Positions 46,479 through 60,204 of a stretch of 64,000 bases of DNA are shown here, one piece after another. The DNA comes from Mobula hypostoma (lineage: Eukaryota). The notes beneath the pieces were generated by a model that did not search any database, was not told where the DNA came from, and saw nothing but the letters and a program-made list of their open reading frames with translations. Location: contig NC_086097.1 of the NCBI RefSeq assembly GCF_963921235.1, positions 170,502,001 to 170,566,000 on the forward strand. Reading direction: 5' to 3'. A program made the translations under genes and the position numbers. The stretch's first letter is position 1; each line of letters starts with the position of its first letter.

Positions 46479-49469
46479 ACATAGAAACACAGAAAATAGG
46501 TGCAGGAGTAGGCCATTTGGCCCTTCGAGCCTGCACCGCCATTCTGTATGATCATGGCTGATTATCCAACTCAGAACCATGTACCTGCCTTCTCTCCATA
46601 CCCCTGATCCCTTTAGCCACAAGAGCCATACCTAACTCCCTCTTAAATATAGCCAATGAACTGGTCTCAACTGTTTCCTGTGGCAGAGAATTCCACAGAT
46701 TCACCACTCTCTGTGTGAAGAAGTTTTTCCTCATCTCGGTCCTAAAAGGTTTCCCCCTTATCCTTAAACTGTGACCCCTCGTTCTGGACTTCTCCAACAT
46801 CGGGAACAACCTTCCTGCATCTAGTCTGTCCAATCCCTTTAGGATTTTATACATTTCAATAAGATCCCCCCTCAATCTTCTAAATTCCAATGAGTATAAG
46901 CCTAGTCGATCCAGTCTTTCATCATATGAAAGTCCTGCCATCCCAGGAATTAATCTGGTGAACCTTCTTTGTACTCCCTCTACGGCAAGAATGCCTTTCC
47001 TCAGATTAGGGGACCAAAACCACACCAGGTGTGGTCTCACCAAGGCCTTGTACAACTGCAGTAGTACCTCCCTGCTCCTGTACTCGAATCCTCTTGCTAT
47101 GAATGCCAGCATACCATTCGCCTTTTTCACTGCCTGCTGTACCTGCATGCCCACTTTCAATGACTGATGTATAATGACACCCAGGTCTCATTGCACCTGT
47201 CCTTTTCCTAATCGGCCACCATTCAGATAATAACCTGTTCTCCTGTTCTTGCCACCAAAGTGGATAACCTCACATTTATCCACATTAAATTGCATCTGCC
47301 ATGAACTTGCCCACTCACCCAACCTATCCAAGTCACCCTGCATCCTCTGAGCATCCTCCTCACAGCTAACACTACCACTCAGCTTCGTGTCATCCACAAA
47401 CTTGGAGATGCTGCATTTAGTTCCCTCATCTAAGTCATTTATATATATTGTAAGCAACTGGGGTCCCAACACTGAGCCTTGCGGTACCCCACTAGTCACC
47501 GCCTGCCATTCTGAAAAGGTCCCGTTTATTCCCACTCTTTGCTTCCTGTCTGCCAACCAATTCTCTATCCACATCAGTACTTTACCCCCAATACTGTGTG
47601 CTTTAAGTTTGCACACTAATCTCCTGTGTGGGACCTTGTCAAAAGCCTTTTGAAAATCCAAATATACCACATCCACTGGTTCTCCCCTATCCACTCTACT
47701 AGTTACATCCGCAAAAAATTCTGTGAGATTCGTCAAACATGATTTTCCTTTCACAAATCCATGCTGACTTTGTCTGATGATTTCACCGCTTTCCAAATGT
47801 GCTGTTATCACATCTTTGATAACTGACTCTAGCATTTTCCCCACCACCGATGTTAGGCTAATTGGTCTATAATTCCCCAGTTTCTCTCCCTTTTTTAAAA
47901 AGTGGGGTTACATTAGCCACCCTCCAATCCTCAGGAACTAGTCCAGAATCTAAAGCGTTTTGAAAAATTATCACTAATGCATCCACTATTTCTTGGGCTA
48001 CTTCCTTAAGCACTCTGGAATGCAGACCATCTGGCCCTGGGGATTTATCTGCCTTTAATCCCTTCAATTTACCTAACACCACTTCCCTACTAAAATGTAT
48101 TTCCCTCAGTTCCTCCATCTCACTGGAACCTCTGTCCCCTACTATTTCCGGAAGATTATTTATGTCCTCCTTAGTGAAGACAGAACCAAAGTAGTTATTC
48201 AATTGGTCTGCCATGTCCTTGCTCCCCATGATCAATCCACCTGTTTCTGACTGTAAGGGACCTACATTTGTCTTAACCAATCCTTTTCTTTTCACATATC
48301 TATAAAAGCTTTTACAGTCAGTTTTTATGTTCCCTGCCAGTTTTCTCTCATAATCTTTTTTCCCTTTTCTAACCAAGCCCTTTGTCCTCCTCTGCTGGAC
48401 TCTGAATTTCTCCCAGTTCTCAGGTGAGCCAGTTTTTCTGGCTAATTTGTATGTTTCTTTTTTGGAATTGATACTATCCCTAATTTCCCTTGTCAGCCAC
48501 AGGTGCACTACCTTCCCTGGTTTATTCTTTTGCCAAACTGGGATGAACAATTGTTGTAGTTCATCCATGCAATCTTTAAGTGCTTGCCATTGCATATCCA
48601 CCGTCAACCCTTTAAGTATCATTTACCAGTCTGTCTTGGCTAATTCACGTCTCATACCTTCAAAGTTACCCTTCTTTAAGTTCAGAACCTTTGTTTCTGA
48701 ATTAATTATGTCACTCTCCATCTTAATGAAGAATTCCACCATATTATGGTCACTCTTACCCAAGGGGCCCCTCACGACAAGATTGCTAATTAACCCTTCC
48801 TCATTGCTAGTCTAGAATGGCCTGCTCTCTAGTTGATTCCTTGACATGTTGGTTCAGAAAACCATCCCGCATACATTCCAAAAAATCCTCTTCCTCAGCT
48901 CCCTTACCAATTTGGTTCACCCAATCTATATGTAGATTGAAGTCAGCCATTATAACTGCTGTTTCTTTATTGCCCACATTTCTAATTTCCTGTTTAGTGC
49001 CATCCCCAACCTCACTACTACTGTTAGGTGGCCTGTACACTACTCCCACCAGCATTTTCTGCCCCTTAGTGTTATGCAGCTCTACCCATATCGATTCCAC
49101 ATCCTCCCGGCTAAAGTCCTTCCTTTCTATTGTGTTAATCTCCTCTCTAACCAGCAATGCTATCCCACCTCCTTTTCTTTCATGTCTATCCCTCCCGAAT
49201 ATTGACTATCCCTGAATGTTAAGCTCCCATCCTTTTGTCACTCTGGAGTCATGTCTCTGTGATCCCAACTATATCATATTCATTAATAATAATCTCCACT
49301 TTTAATTCAACCACCTTGTTACGAATGCTCCTTGCATTGACACACAAAGCCTTCAGGCTTGCTTTTACAACACTCTTAGCCCTTATACAATTATGTTGAA
49401 AAGTGGCCCTTTTTGATTTTTGCCCTGGATTTGTCGGCCTGCCACTTTTACTTTTCACCTTACTACTTT
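46479..49469 (-). mobile_element. Young CR1 LINE, nearly complete ORF2 (APE endonuclease + RT) broken by a few frameshifts/deletions
   Basis: ORFs 49249-49476 (LCVNARSIRNK, YDIVGITET), 48807-49157 (GVVYRPP, ADFN), 47867-48622, 47188-47847 (YLDFQKAFDKV, GVPQGSVLGP, KFVDDTKL) and 46552-47160; CATAGAAA tail. Confidence 0.95.
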
Positions 49470-50677
49470 GACGCAATGGACCAAATTGCCTAATTCTGCT
49501 CCTATGTCTTATGGTCTTACAGTAAGACAGACACTTAACCTCTTAATCTATCTCATCATGGCTTTGCTACTTATTGTTTACCTACACTGCACTTCCTCTG
49601 TAATGGTAAAACTTCATTCTGAATTCTGTTATTATTTTCCTTGCACTGCTTCACTGTACTTGTTTGATGAATTGATCTGTCTGAATAGCATTGAAAACAA
49701 AGTTTTTACTGTTCCTTGGTATATATGACCAATTTACCTCCTTATTTATCTTAATTTAACATGCATAATTTGGACTGAAGGGCCTGTTTTCATATTGAAT
49801 TACTCTGTGAATCTTTTCAGGATTTGCAGATTCTTACAGAGCATTGCTCATGAATTTCCTGACTATTTCAGATTGTCCCAACAGTTATGTGTATTCCACC
49901 CATCATTTTAGGAATGCAATCTTGAATAGGGCAGATCCCCCATGTAATTCTGTTAACTTGCTTGTCCCTGTGTGTTCTGACTGACAACAGGCTGAGTGAA
50001 AAGATCCAATTTTCTGCTTTTCGTTGGAGTGTTGGGCAGTGTCCATTGGGCTAGATGAATCTTTCACCATTTGGTACCTAAATTATAACACCAGGGATAA
50101 AGAAAATAAACATTCTTTTGACGCCCAAATGTCTCCTGTTATTGAGTTCGTAAAATTAAGATAAATTGCAGCAATTTCAAGCATTTCTGAAATTAATATA
50201 ACTTCAACAGACGGGATAACTTTGTTTTCTTTTTGATAGCTGCATCTAGTCTATCTTGTATTTCAATGTGAAATGAGCTAGGAAAATCACGAACTCACTG
50301 ATGTAATTAGATTTTTAATCTTCTTGGTCTATAGTTCAGAGTTTATCAAATTAGGCAGACTGAATGGATGTCATTCAGAATCAAAATATCATCTTATGAT
50401 TGTACATTGTAAATTGGTAACAATAATACTCATGAGTCATGTGACTTCAGTTGCTGCGGAAGCTCAGTAACTAACGCTCATAAATATTGATATCTCCATC
50501 TTGCTAATTGTATTTAGAAGCCTGTTATATAGTCATATAAGTATGCATGAAATGGAGGAATATGGACTGCACCAAAACAAAAGGGATTTATTTTAACTCA
50601 GCTTCTTTGTAGACATTATGGACCAGAGAGTCAAAGGGCTTCTGCTGTTCTATCTTCTATGAAGATATTTGAATGTA

Positions 50678-51230
50678 TATTCAGTAGTCACTTTATTAAG
50701 TACCACCTTACCTAATTAAATGGTTACTGGTCTGTGGTCTTCTGATACTGTAGCCCATCCACCTCAAGGTTCAATGTGTTGTGTGTTCAGAGATGCTCTT
50801 CTGCATATCACTGCTTTACTGCATGTATATATGAGTTATTGTCACTTTCCTGTCAGCCCGAACCAATCTGGCCATTCTCCTTTTACCTCTCTCATCAACA
50901 AGGCACTTTTGTTCACAGAACTGTCATTCAATGGATGTTTTTAAAAAATTTTTTTCACACTATTCTCTCTGAACTCTAGAGACTGTTGTGTATGAAAATC
51001 CGAGGAGACGAGCAGTTTCTGAGATACTCAAACCACCCTGGCTTGGCACCAACTGTCAAAGTCACTTCCATCCCATTTTTCCCCATTCTGATATTTGGTC
51101 TGAACAAGTGAACACCTTGATCATGTCTGCATGCTATTATCCATTGTGCTGATGCCACATGATTGGCTGATGAGATATTTGTATTAACGAGCAGGTATAC
51201 ATGTGTATCTAATAAAGTGTCCACTGAGTG
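50678..51230 (-). mobile_element. Non-autonomous Tc1-like element, second copy of the 25.4-25.9 kb family
   Basis: Same TIRs (..TAATAAAGTGTCCACTGAGTG + TA), same extra inverted TIR near the left end, same HTH remnant (gcagtttctgagatactcaaaccaccc). Confidence 0.8.
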
Positions 51231-51829
51231 TATTTACCAAGGCATTTGTCATTAGAGGCAAAAAAACTTCATGTGAATTATTGTGCATTATTCATATCTT
51301 CCATGAATAATGCAAAATAACACAAAGTTTTTTCCTTCTGTTGAAGTGATGAAAGTATTGCTCTACAGAAATCTTTACCCAGGCAATCCAAGCAACTACC
51401 TTGATTACCCAGCCAATATGGATTCCAAGTAACATTGAGGAATATTTCCAGAAAAGAGGACTCAAATGAACCTATAGCTTCACACTCCCCACTGTCCCCA
51501 ATGCTAAACACATTCCACTTGAGTAATGGGAATGCCAGGTACTCCATACCTTGCAGGTAACTTTCTGCTGCACCTGTCACGTGATGCAATTCCAAACTAC
51601 TTGTAGTGACTCTGGACCACATATTTATCTTCTGCAGTGACCTTAAGGAGATAGTTGACAGGAAAAGGCACAAATCAGTGAAATCCAATAGCAAGCACCA
51701 GTTGAGATTGCCATTGCTAGTGATTCAGACACCAGCACTAGCCATGTCCTTGTCACGGTTCATCATGAGCAGTTGCATTGCAGAGGACTTTCTAATTTTC
51801 AGACTGCTCCTAGGGGCACACCTTGACTA

Positions 51830-54455
51830 ATCAAGAACCTGTCCACTTCTGCCTTAAATACACCCAATGCTTGGCCTTCACAGTTCCACAGATTCACACC
51901 TTCTAGCTGAAGAAATCCCTCTTCATCTCCATTCTAAATGGACGTCACTTTATTTTGAAGTTGTGCTTTCTGGTCCTAGACCCCCATTATAGGAAACATC
52001 CTCTCCACATCCATTCAATCTAGGCCTTTCAACTTTTGATATGTTTCATTGAGATCCCCCTTCATTTTTCTTAATTACAGTGTGTACAGGCCCAGAGTCA
52101 TCAAACACTCCTCCTATAGCAAACCATTCAATCCCAGAATTATTTTTGTGAACTTCCTCTGGGCCCTCTCCAATGGCAGCACATCCTTTTTTTTAGATAA
52201 GGGCCCCAAACTGCTCAGAGCACTCCAAGTGAGTCCTCACCACTGCCTTTATAAAGCCTCAGCATTGCATCCCTGTTTTTATATTCCAGTCCTTTCGAAA
52301 TGATTGCTAACACTGCATTTGCATTCCACACCACTGAGTCAACCTGCAAATTAACTTTTAGGAAATCCTGCATGAGGACTCCCAAGATCCATTGCACATC
52401 AGATTTTTGAATTTTCTCCACTTAGAAAATGGTCTACACTTTTATTCCTTCTCCAAAGTGCATGACCATACATTACCTGACACTGTATTCCATCTTATTT
52501 GCCCATTCTCCTAATCCATCTAAATCCTTCTACAGCCTCCCTGCTTCCTCAACATGACCTGCCTCTCTACCTATCTTCATAACATCCACAAACTTGGCCA
52601 CAAAGCCATTAATCTGTCATCCCAAGTCAGACATACAACATAAAAAGAAACAGACCCAACGCAGGCCCCTGTGGAACACCACTAGTCACCGGCAGCCAAC
52701 CAGAAAAGGCTCTCTTTATTCCCACTCTTTGCCTCCTGCCAATCAGCCAATGCTTTGTCCATGCTAGTACCTTTCCTGTAATATCATGGGCTCTTATCTT
52801 GCTAAGCTGCTTCATGTGCCGCACTTTGTAAAGGACTTCTTAAAGTCCAAGTACACAACATCCACTGATTCTTCTTTGTCTATCCTGCTTGTTATTTTCT
52901 GAAAGAATTCCTACAGATCTGTCGGGCAATATTTCCCCTTAACGAAACCACGCTGCCTTTGGCCTATTTTGTCATGTGCTTGTAAGTATCCCAAACCTCA
53001 TCCTTAATGATGGACTTCAGCATCTTCCCAACCACTAACGTCAGGCTAACTGGCTTATAATTTCCTTTTGTTTGTCTCCCTCCCTTTTTAAAGAGAAGAG
53101 TGACATTTGCAAATCTCCGGTTCTTCGGAACCACGCAAGAATCTAGTGATTCTTGAAAGATATTTCCTAATGCCTCCACAATTTCTTCAGCTACCTCTTT
53201 CAGAACTCTAGGGTGTATCCCGTCTGGTCCATGTGACTTATCAACATTCAGACCTTTCAGCTTCCCAAGCACTTTTCCCTAGTAATAGCAACTGCATTTG
53301 CTTCTGCCCCGATACTCTCAAACTTACGGCATACTGCTAATGTCTTCCACAGTGATGACTGATGCAAAATACTTATTCAATCCATCTGCCATTTCCTTGT
53401 CTCCAGCAACAATTTCCAGTGGTCTGATATCTACTCTCACCTCTTTTTTTAATATATATCTGAAAGAACTTTTTAAAAACTTTTTGCTTGTAAAGCTTCC
53501 CAATCCTCTAACTTCCCATTAATTTGTGTTCTTTTGTGGCCCTCTCTTTTGATTTTATGCTGGCTTTAACTTCCCTTGTCAGCCAAGGTTGCATCATCCT
53601 GCCTTTAGAATACTTCATCTTTGGGATTTATCTGTCTGATGCTTTCTACATTGCTCTCCGGAACTATTGCCATTGCTGCTCTGCTGTCATCCCTGCTAGT
53701 GTCCCCTTCCGATCACCTTTGACTAACTCCCCTCTCATGCCTCTGTAATTCCCTTTAATTCACTGTAATAATGATAAATCTGACTTTAGCCTCTTCTTCC
53801 TAAATTGTGGGGTGAATTCCATCATATTATCATCACATGTCCCCAAGGGTTCCTTTACCTTAAGCTCCCTAATCAAATCCTGTTCATTAAACAACAAATC
53901 CAGAATTGCCTTTCCTCCAATAGACTCAACCACAAGCTGCTCTGAACATCATCTTGTAGCCATTCTACAAATACTCTCTCTTTGGATCCAAAACTAGCAC
54001 TAACCTGGTTTTCCCCATCTACCTGTATATTGAAATCATGACTATCATAATATTGCCCTTTTGACATGCATTTTCTATTTCCCATTGTAATTTGTACCCC
54101 ACTTCCTGGCTACTGTTCAGACGTCTGTATATAACTCCCATTAGGGTCTTTTTTACTCTTGCAGTATCTTACTCTACACACAATGATTCTACATCTTCTG
54201 ATTCTATGTCACCACTTTCTCAGGATTTGATTTCAGTTTTTACCAGCAGAGCCATGCCACTCCCTCTGCCTACCTGCCTGTCCTTTTGGTACAATCCGTA
54301 TTGTTGAGCATTAAACTTGCAACTGTCATGTTCTCTCAGCCATGACTCAGTGATTCTCACAACATCATAGCAGCCAATCTCTAACTGCACTACAAAATCA
54401 CCTACTTTATTCTGTTTATTGCATGCATTCAAATATAACACCTTCAGTCCTGTAG
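51830..54455 (-). mobile_element. Degenerate CR1 LINE ORF2 (endonuclease + RT + 3' region)
   Basis: LKVLYLNA..YDVVRITESWL, LNVDKSHGPDGIHPRVLKEVAEE..NYKPVSLT, GVPQGPALG. Confidence 0.9.
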
Positions 54456-55214
54456 GGGGGAGGTGTCGCATTCTGCTGGAAGATCATTAACATGGATAAA
54501 GATGTTTTTGGTCTATCCATAACTTTGGTCTTCCAGCAAAGTGAGACATCAGTAAGGGACCAGTGCTGAGTGGTATGTTCCAGGCAGCAGTAGAACGTGC
54601 CGAGAGATGCACTGAAGGCTCTGCAGCCAATGCAAATACTCTTTGAGGAAGGAGCTTATGACCCTATGAAACCCTATTCATAGTGTCTAGTGTCTTTATG
54701 CTACTAAATATTGAGGGTCTGAGTCTGGCAGAGAAGCCCCTCACACAGTGTAAGTGTGTATTACACCAGGGAGCCACATGAGTGACAATGGTGCTGTGCA
54801 CAAAAACACAAGTCCTATCACGATTGTGTACAGAACCAGCTGCACTGAATAGTTGTAAAATTATAAGGAGCTTTTGCACTGTGTTCTCTCGTATTTTTTT
54901 TATTGTAGAGACATGGATATATAACGTGTAAACAGGCCCGTTGGCCCAACATGTTCCTGCTGATCAAGATTCCCATCTAATTTAGCTCCTTTGCCTATAA
55001 TTGGTCCATATTCCTCTAAAGTTTTCCTACCCATCTATTTGTTCAATGATGTAAATCATGAATGAAGTTTATTTTTAAAGTAGAAAGGAGTCAATGCTGG
55101 TCGTTGCGTGCTTTATGGTCGTGTGTTACACAGCCCAGAAATTGTTTGGTGAGCTTGTTTACATCCAATAGAAGGCTGCATCATCAGAATCTTCAGCTCT
55201 GCCTGTGTGTTAGG

Positions 55215-55590
55215 TAATTGATTTATTATTATCACATGTATGGAGATAAAGTAAAAAAAAAAATTTGCATGCATCCGGACAGATCATTTAGAAACATTGA
55301 TACATCAAGGCAGTATGAAAGGAAAAACAGTAACAGAAAACAGAATATAATGTCACAGTTATAGAGAAAGTGCAGAAAAGAGATGCAAATAAGGTGCAAG
55401 GCCATGAGAGGTTATGAGTTTGTCTTTGTTGCTCAAGATTTCCATTTAAAGTCTTATAACAGTGGAGACGATGTCCCTCAGGCAAATGGTATGAGTTTTC
55501 AAACCACTGTGCCTTCTGCCAGATGGAAGGGAGAAGAGAGAGCAACTAGGGTGGGAGGGGGTCTTTTATGTTGCACGCTTTCTTGAGAAA
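55215..55590 (-). mobile_element. Rex1-type 3' fragment
   Basis: LSLLPS..; gatttattattatcacatgt polyA end. Confidence 0.55.
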
Positions 55591-56050
55591 TGCTCCTCCA
55601 GCCATGCACTATAAAGAAGCAACATTCCAGGAAGTTCGGCAAGTAAATAAACATCTCCCAGTCCACCAGAAGCTCACAATAATGCTGTCCACTAGCTTTC
55701 AGCCATACCTGATCCTCTTTGTCTGAGGCAGTCCCTCAAGATTGGGAATGACCTCCTACTACATGAGTTCTGAGCTGGCTGATGATCTGCACATTATGCC
55801 ACAGGTGGGGAGTAGAGCTAGATAAGGTGGGTGGATGGATAGTTTGAATGTTGTGTCATTAGTGTTTGGTCTTGGTATGTTCCTATTGTAGAGGTTCAGT
55901 TGCACAGCACCAGGAATTGCAATTAGATTTGGTTTATTAATATCATGTGTACTAAGATATGGTAAGTAGCTCTTGTGTGCCACCCAGGCAGATTATTGCG
56001 TGCAGAAGTGCATGGGATTGTAAAAAGGAAAATAGAATGCAGAATATAAC

Positions 56051-59000
56051 CATATAACAATTACAGCACAGAAACAGGCCATCTCAGCCCTTCTAGTCCG
56101 TGCCGAACTCCTACTCTCACCTAGTCCCACCGACCTGCACTCGGTCCATAACCCTCCATTCCCTTCCTGTCCATATATCTATCCAATTTAACTTTAAATG
56201 TCAATATCAAACCTGCCTCAACCACTTCTGCTGGAAGCTCGTTCCACACAGCCACCACTCTCTGAGTAAAGAAGTTCCCCCTCATGTTACCCCTAAACTT
56301 TTGCCCTTTAACTCTCAACTCATGTCCTCTTGTTTGAATCTCCCCCACTCTCAATGGAAAAAGCCTATCCACGTCAACTCTATCTATCCCCCTCATAATT
56401 TTAAACACCTCTATCAAGTCTCCCTCAACCTTCTACGCTCCAAAGAATAAAGACCTAACTTGTTCAATGTTTCCCTGTATCTTAGAAGATGAAACCCAGG
56501 CAACATTTTAGTAAACCTCCTCTGTACTCTCTCAATTTTATTGACATCTTTCCTATAATTCGGTGACCAGAAATGTGCACAATACTCCAAATTTGGCCTT
56601 ACCAATGCCTTATACAATTTCAACATTACATCCCAACTCCTATACTCAATGCTCTGATTAATAAAGGCCAGCATACCAAAAGCTTTCTTCACCACCCTAT
56701 CCACATGAGATTCCACCTTCAGGGAACTTGCACCATTATTCCTAGATCCCTCTGTTCTATAGCATTCTTAAGGCCCTACCATTTACCATGTATGTCCTAT
56801 TTTGATTAGTCCTACCAAAATGTAGCACCTCACATTTTTCAGCATTAAACTCCATCTGCCATCTTTCAGTCCACTCTTCTAACTGGCTTAAATATCTCTG
56901 CAAGCTTTGAAAATGTACTTCATTATCCACAACGCCACCTATCTTAGTATCATCTGCATACTTACTAATCCAATTTACCACCCCATCATCCAGATCATTA
57001 ATATATATGACAAACAACATTGGACCCAGTACAGATCCCTGAGGCACACTGCTACACACCGTCCTCTAATCTGACACAGTTATCCACCACTACTCTCTGG
57101 CGTCTCCCATCCAGCCACTGCTGAATCCATTTTACTACTTTGATATTCATGCCTAATGATTGAACCTTCCTAACTAACCTTCCGTATGGAACTTGTCAAA
57201 GGTCTTACTGAAGTCCATATAGGCAACATCCACCGCTTTACCCCCGTCAACTTTCCTAGTAACCTCATCAAAAAATTCAATAAGATTTGTCAAACATGAC
57301 CTTCCACGCACAAATTCATGTTAACTGTTCCTAATCAGACCCTGTCTATGCAGATAATTATATATACCATCTCCAAGAATACTTTCCATCAATTTACCCA
57401 CCACTGACATCAAACTCACAGGCCGATAATTGCTAGGTTTACTCTTAGAACCCTTTTTAAATAATGGAATCACATGAGCAATACGCCAACCCTCCGGCAC
57501 CATCCTTGTTTCTAATGACATTTGAAATATTTCTGTCAGAGCTCCTGCTATTTCCACACTAACTTCCCTCAAGGTCCTAGGGAATATTTTGTCCGGACCT
57601 GGAGACTTATCCACTTTTATATTCCTTAAAAGCACCAGTACTTTCTCTTCTTTAATCATCATACTTTCCATAACTACCCTTGTTTCCCTTACCTTACACA
57701 ATTCAATATCCTTCTCCTTAGTGAATACCGAAGAGAAGAAATCGTTCAAAATCTCCCCCATCTCTTTTGTCTCCGCACATAGTCGTCCACTCTGATTCTC
57801 TAAGGGACCAAGTTTATCCCTCACTATCCTTTTGCTATTAACGTAACTATAGAAACTCTTTGGATTTATTTTCACCTTACTTGCTAAAGCTGCCTTGTAT
57901 CTTCTTTTAGCTTTTCTAATTTCTTTCTTAAGATTCTTTTTACCTTCTTTATATTCCTCGAGCACCTCATTAACCCCAAGCTGCCTATATTTATTGTAAA
58001 TCCCTCTCTTTTTCCGAACCAAGTTTCCTATATCCCTTGAAAACCATGGCTCTCTCAAACTTTTAACCTTTCCTTTCAACCTAACAGGAACATAAAGATC
58101 CTGTACCCTCGAAATTTCACCTTTAAATGACCTCCATTTCTCTATTACATCCTTCCCATACAACAAATTGTCCCAATCCACTCCTCCTAAATCCCTTCGC
58201 ATCTCCTCAAAGTTGGCCTTTCTCCAATCAAAAATCTCAATCCTAGGTCCAGACCTATCCTTCTCCATAATTACACTGAAACTAATTGTATTGTGATCAC
58301 TGGACGCGAAGTGCTCCCCAACACATACCTCCGTCACCTGCCCTATCTCATTCCCCAACAGGAGATCCAACACTGCCCCTTCTCTGTTGGTACCTCTATG
58401 TATTGCTCCAAAAAAACCATCTTGCACACATTTGACAAACTCCAAACCATCCAGCCCTTTTACAGAATGGGCTTCCCAGTCTATGTGTGGAAAATTAAAA
58501 TCTCCCACAATCACAACCTTGTGCTTGCTACAAATATCTGCTATCTCCTTACAAATTTGTTCCTCCAGTTCTCAGTCCCTATTAGGTGGTCTATAATACA
58601 CCCCTATAAGCATCACTACACCTTTCCCATTCTTCAATTCCACCCGAATAGCCTCCCTGGACGAGTCCACTAATCTAACCTGCCAGTAGACCGCTGTTAT
58701 ATTTTCTCTGACAAGCAATGCTACACCTCCCACTCTTGCCCCTCCTATTTTATCACACCTGAAGCAATGAAATCCTGGAATATTTAGTTGCCAATCACAC
58801 CCCTCCTGCAACCACATTTCACTAATAGCTACAACATCATATTTCCAGGTATCAATCCATGCTCCAAGCTCATCCAACTTTCCTACAATGCTCCTAGCAT
58901 TAAAATAGATGCATTTAAGAAACTCTCCACCTCTTACTCGCTTCTTATCCTTAATGGAGCAAACAACTTTGTTATCGTTTTCTTCCTTGTCCCCTACATC

Positions 59001-59225
59001 TTTGGTCTGAGTGCTCCTGATCTCTGTCCCCTGCCTATCCTCCCTCACACACTGTCTACTAGCTTTCTCTATTTGTGAATTAACCTCCTCTCTCCTAGTC
59101 TCTTTAATTTGATTCCCACCCCCCAAACATTCTAGTTTAAAGTCACCTCAGTAGCCCTTGCAAATCTCCCTGCCAGGATATTGGTCCCCCTAGGATTCAA
59201 GTGTAACCCGTCCTTTTTAACGTTT
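56051..59225 (-). mobile_element. Young CR1 LINE (ORF1 SGNH-esterase C-terminus + ORF2 endonuclease/RT), 8-bp TSD
   Basis: KDGLHLNPRGTNILAGRF..stop at 59132 (ORF1); ORFs 58572-59126 (YFNARSI, YDVVAISE), 57321-58514 (GDFNFPHIDW, NYRPVSL), 56757-57059 (PQGSVLGP, KYADDTK), 56414-56716 and 56121-56417; AATATAAC at 56043-56050 and 59226-59233. Confidence 0.95.
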
Positions 59226-59622
59226 AATATAACGTTACTGTTACAGAGAAAATGCTGTCCAGGTTGACAAATAAAGTGCAAGGGCTATTGGGAGACTAAC
59301 AGATCATCTTCTATCATATCAGAGTGTCTGATAATAGTGGGAGAAAAGCTATCTTTGTGCCTGGTTGTACAGTATGTGTTCACAAGATTTTAAACTTTTA
59401 CTTGGTAAGAGGGGGGGAGGAGAGAGAATGAACAGGGTAGGAGGTGTCCTTGATTATGTTGGCTGCTTTCCCATGGCATTCCCAATAACACTCCTTGTGT
59501 CTGAGTATCAGATTATGATGAACAGCTTTGGAACATTTCGCATTTTAAGTGCTCTTGGGCGAAGAATTCCCATGAGTCAGAAGATGTTACATTTTCTCAA
59601 GATATCTTTCAGAATGTCCTTG

Positions 59623-59826
59623 ACAGAAGAGATTTTACAGATGCTGGAAATCTTGAGCAACACACACAAAATGCTAGAGAAACGCAGCAAGTCAGGCAAC
59701 ATCTGTGGAGGGAAATGAACAGTCGATGTTTTGTGCCGAGACCCTTCCTCAGAACCTGATGAAGGGTCTCGGCCTGACATATTAAATGTTTATCTTTCCC
59801 TCCACAGATGCTGTCTGACTTGCTGC
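59623..59826. repeat. Penelope-terminal palindromic repeat with degenerate hammerhead-like cores
   Basis: Inverted arms ~59684-59752 and 59756-59826; CTGATGAAGGGTCTCGGCC at 59756 and its degenerate mirror on the minus strand. Confidence 0.7.
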
Positions 59827-59902
59827 ATTTATTTATTCAGAGATTCAGCATGGTAACAGATCCTTCCAGACCAACAACCCTGTGTTGCCCAATTACACCC
59901 AT

Positions 59903-60134
59903 TGATGCACTATCAATTACTCCAAAAGACTGGAAGTAGAGTAAATACTGAAAGGCTTTTATTAGCAGTAAAATGTGACCTCCACCATGCTGAGTGTCTC
60001 TCCCTGGACTGAGAGGAGGAGCAGTGGAAAAATCGCCCTTATTCAGGGGTCTGTGGGAGGAGCCACAGGGGCAGTCAGCAGAGGGTCGTGTCCAGACAGG
60101 TAACCCAGTTACAACATATATATGGTTTACCACA
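59903..60134 (-). repeat. 3' LTR of the Gypsy element (232 bp)
   Basis: Minus strand TGTGG...CATCA termini, AATAAA at 59958-59963, polypurine tract AAAAAAAAGGAGGGATGAA immediately upstream (60135-60153); inserted into a SINE 3' end. Confidence 0.85.
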
Positions 60135-60204
60135 TTCATCCCTCCTTTTTTTTAAAAAGAGTTCCGCGGGGTGAAGTGACTGACAATATTTACAACAAGT
60201 ATAT

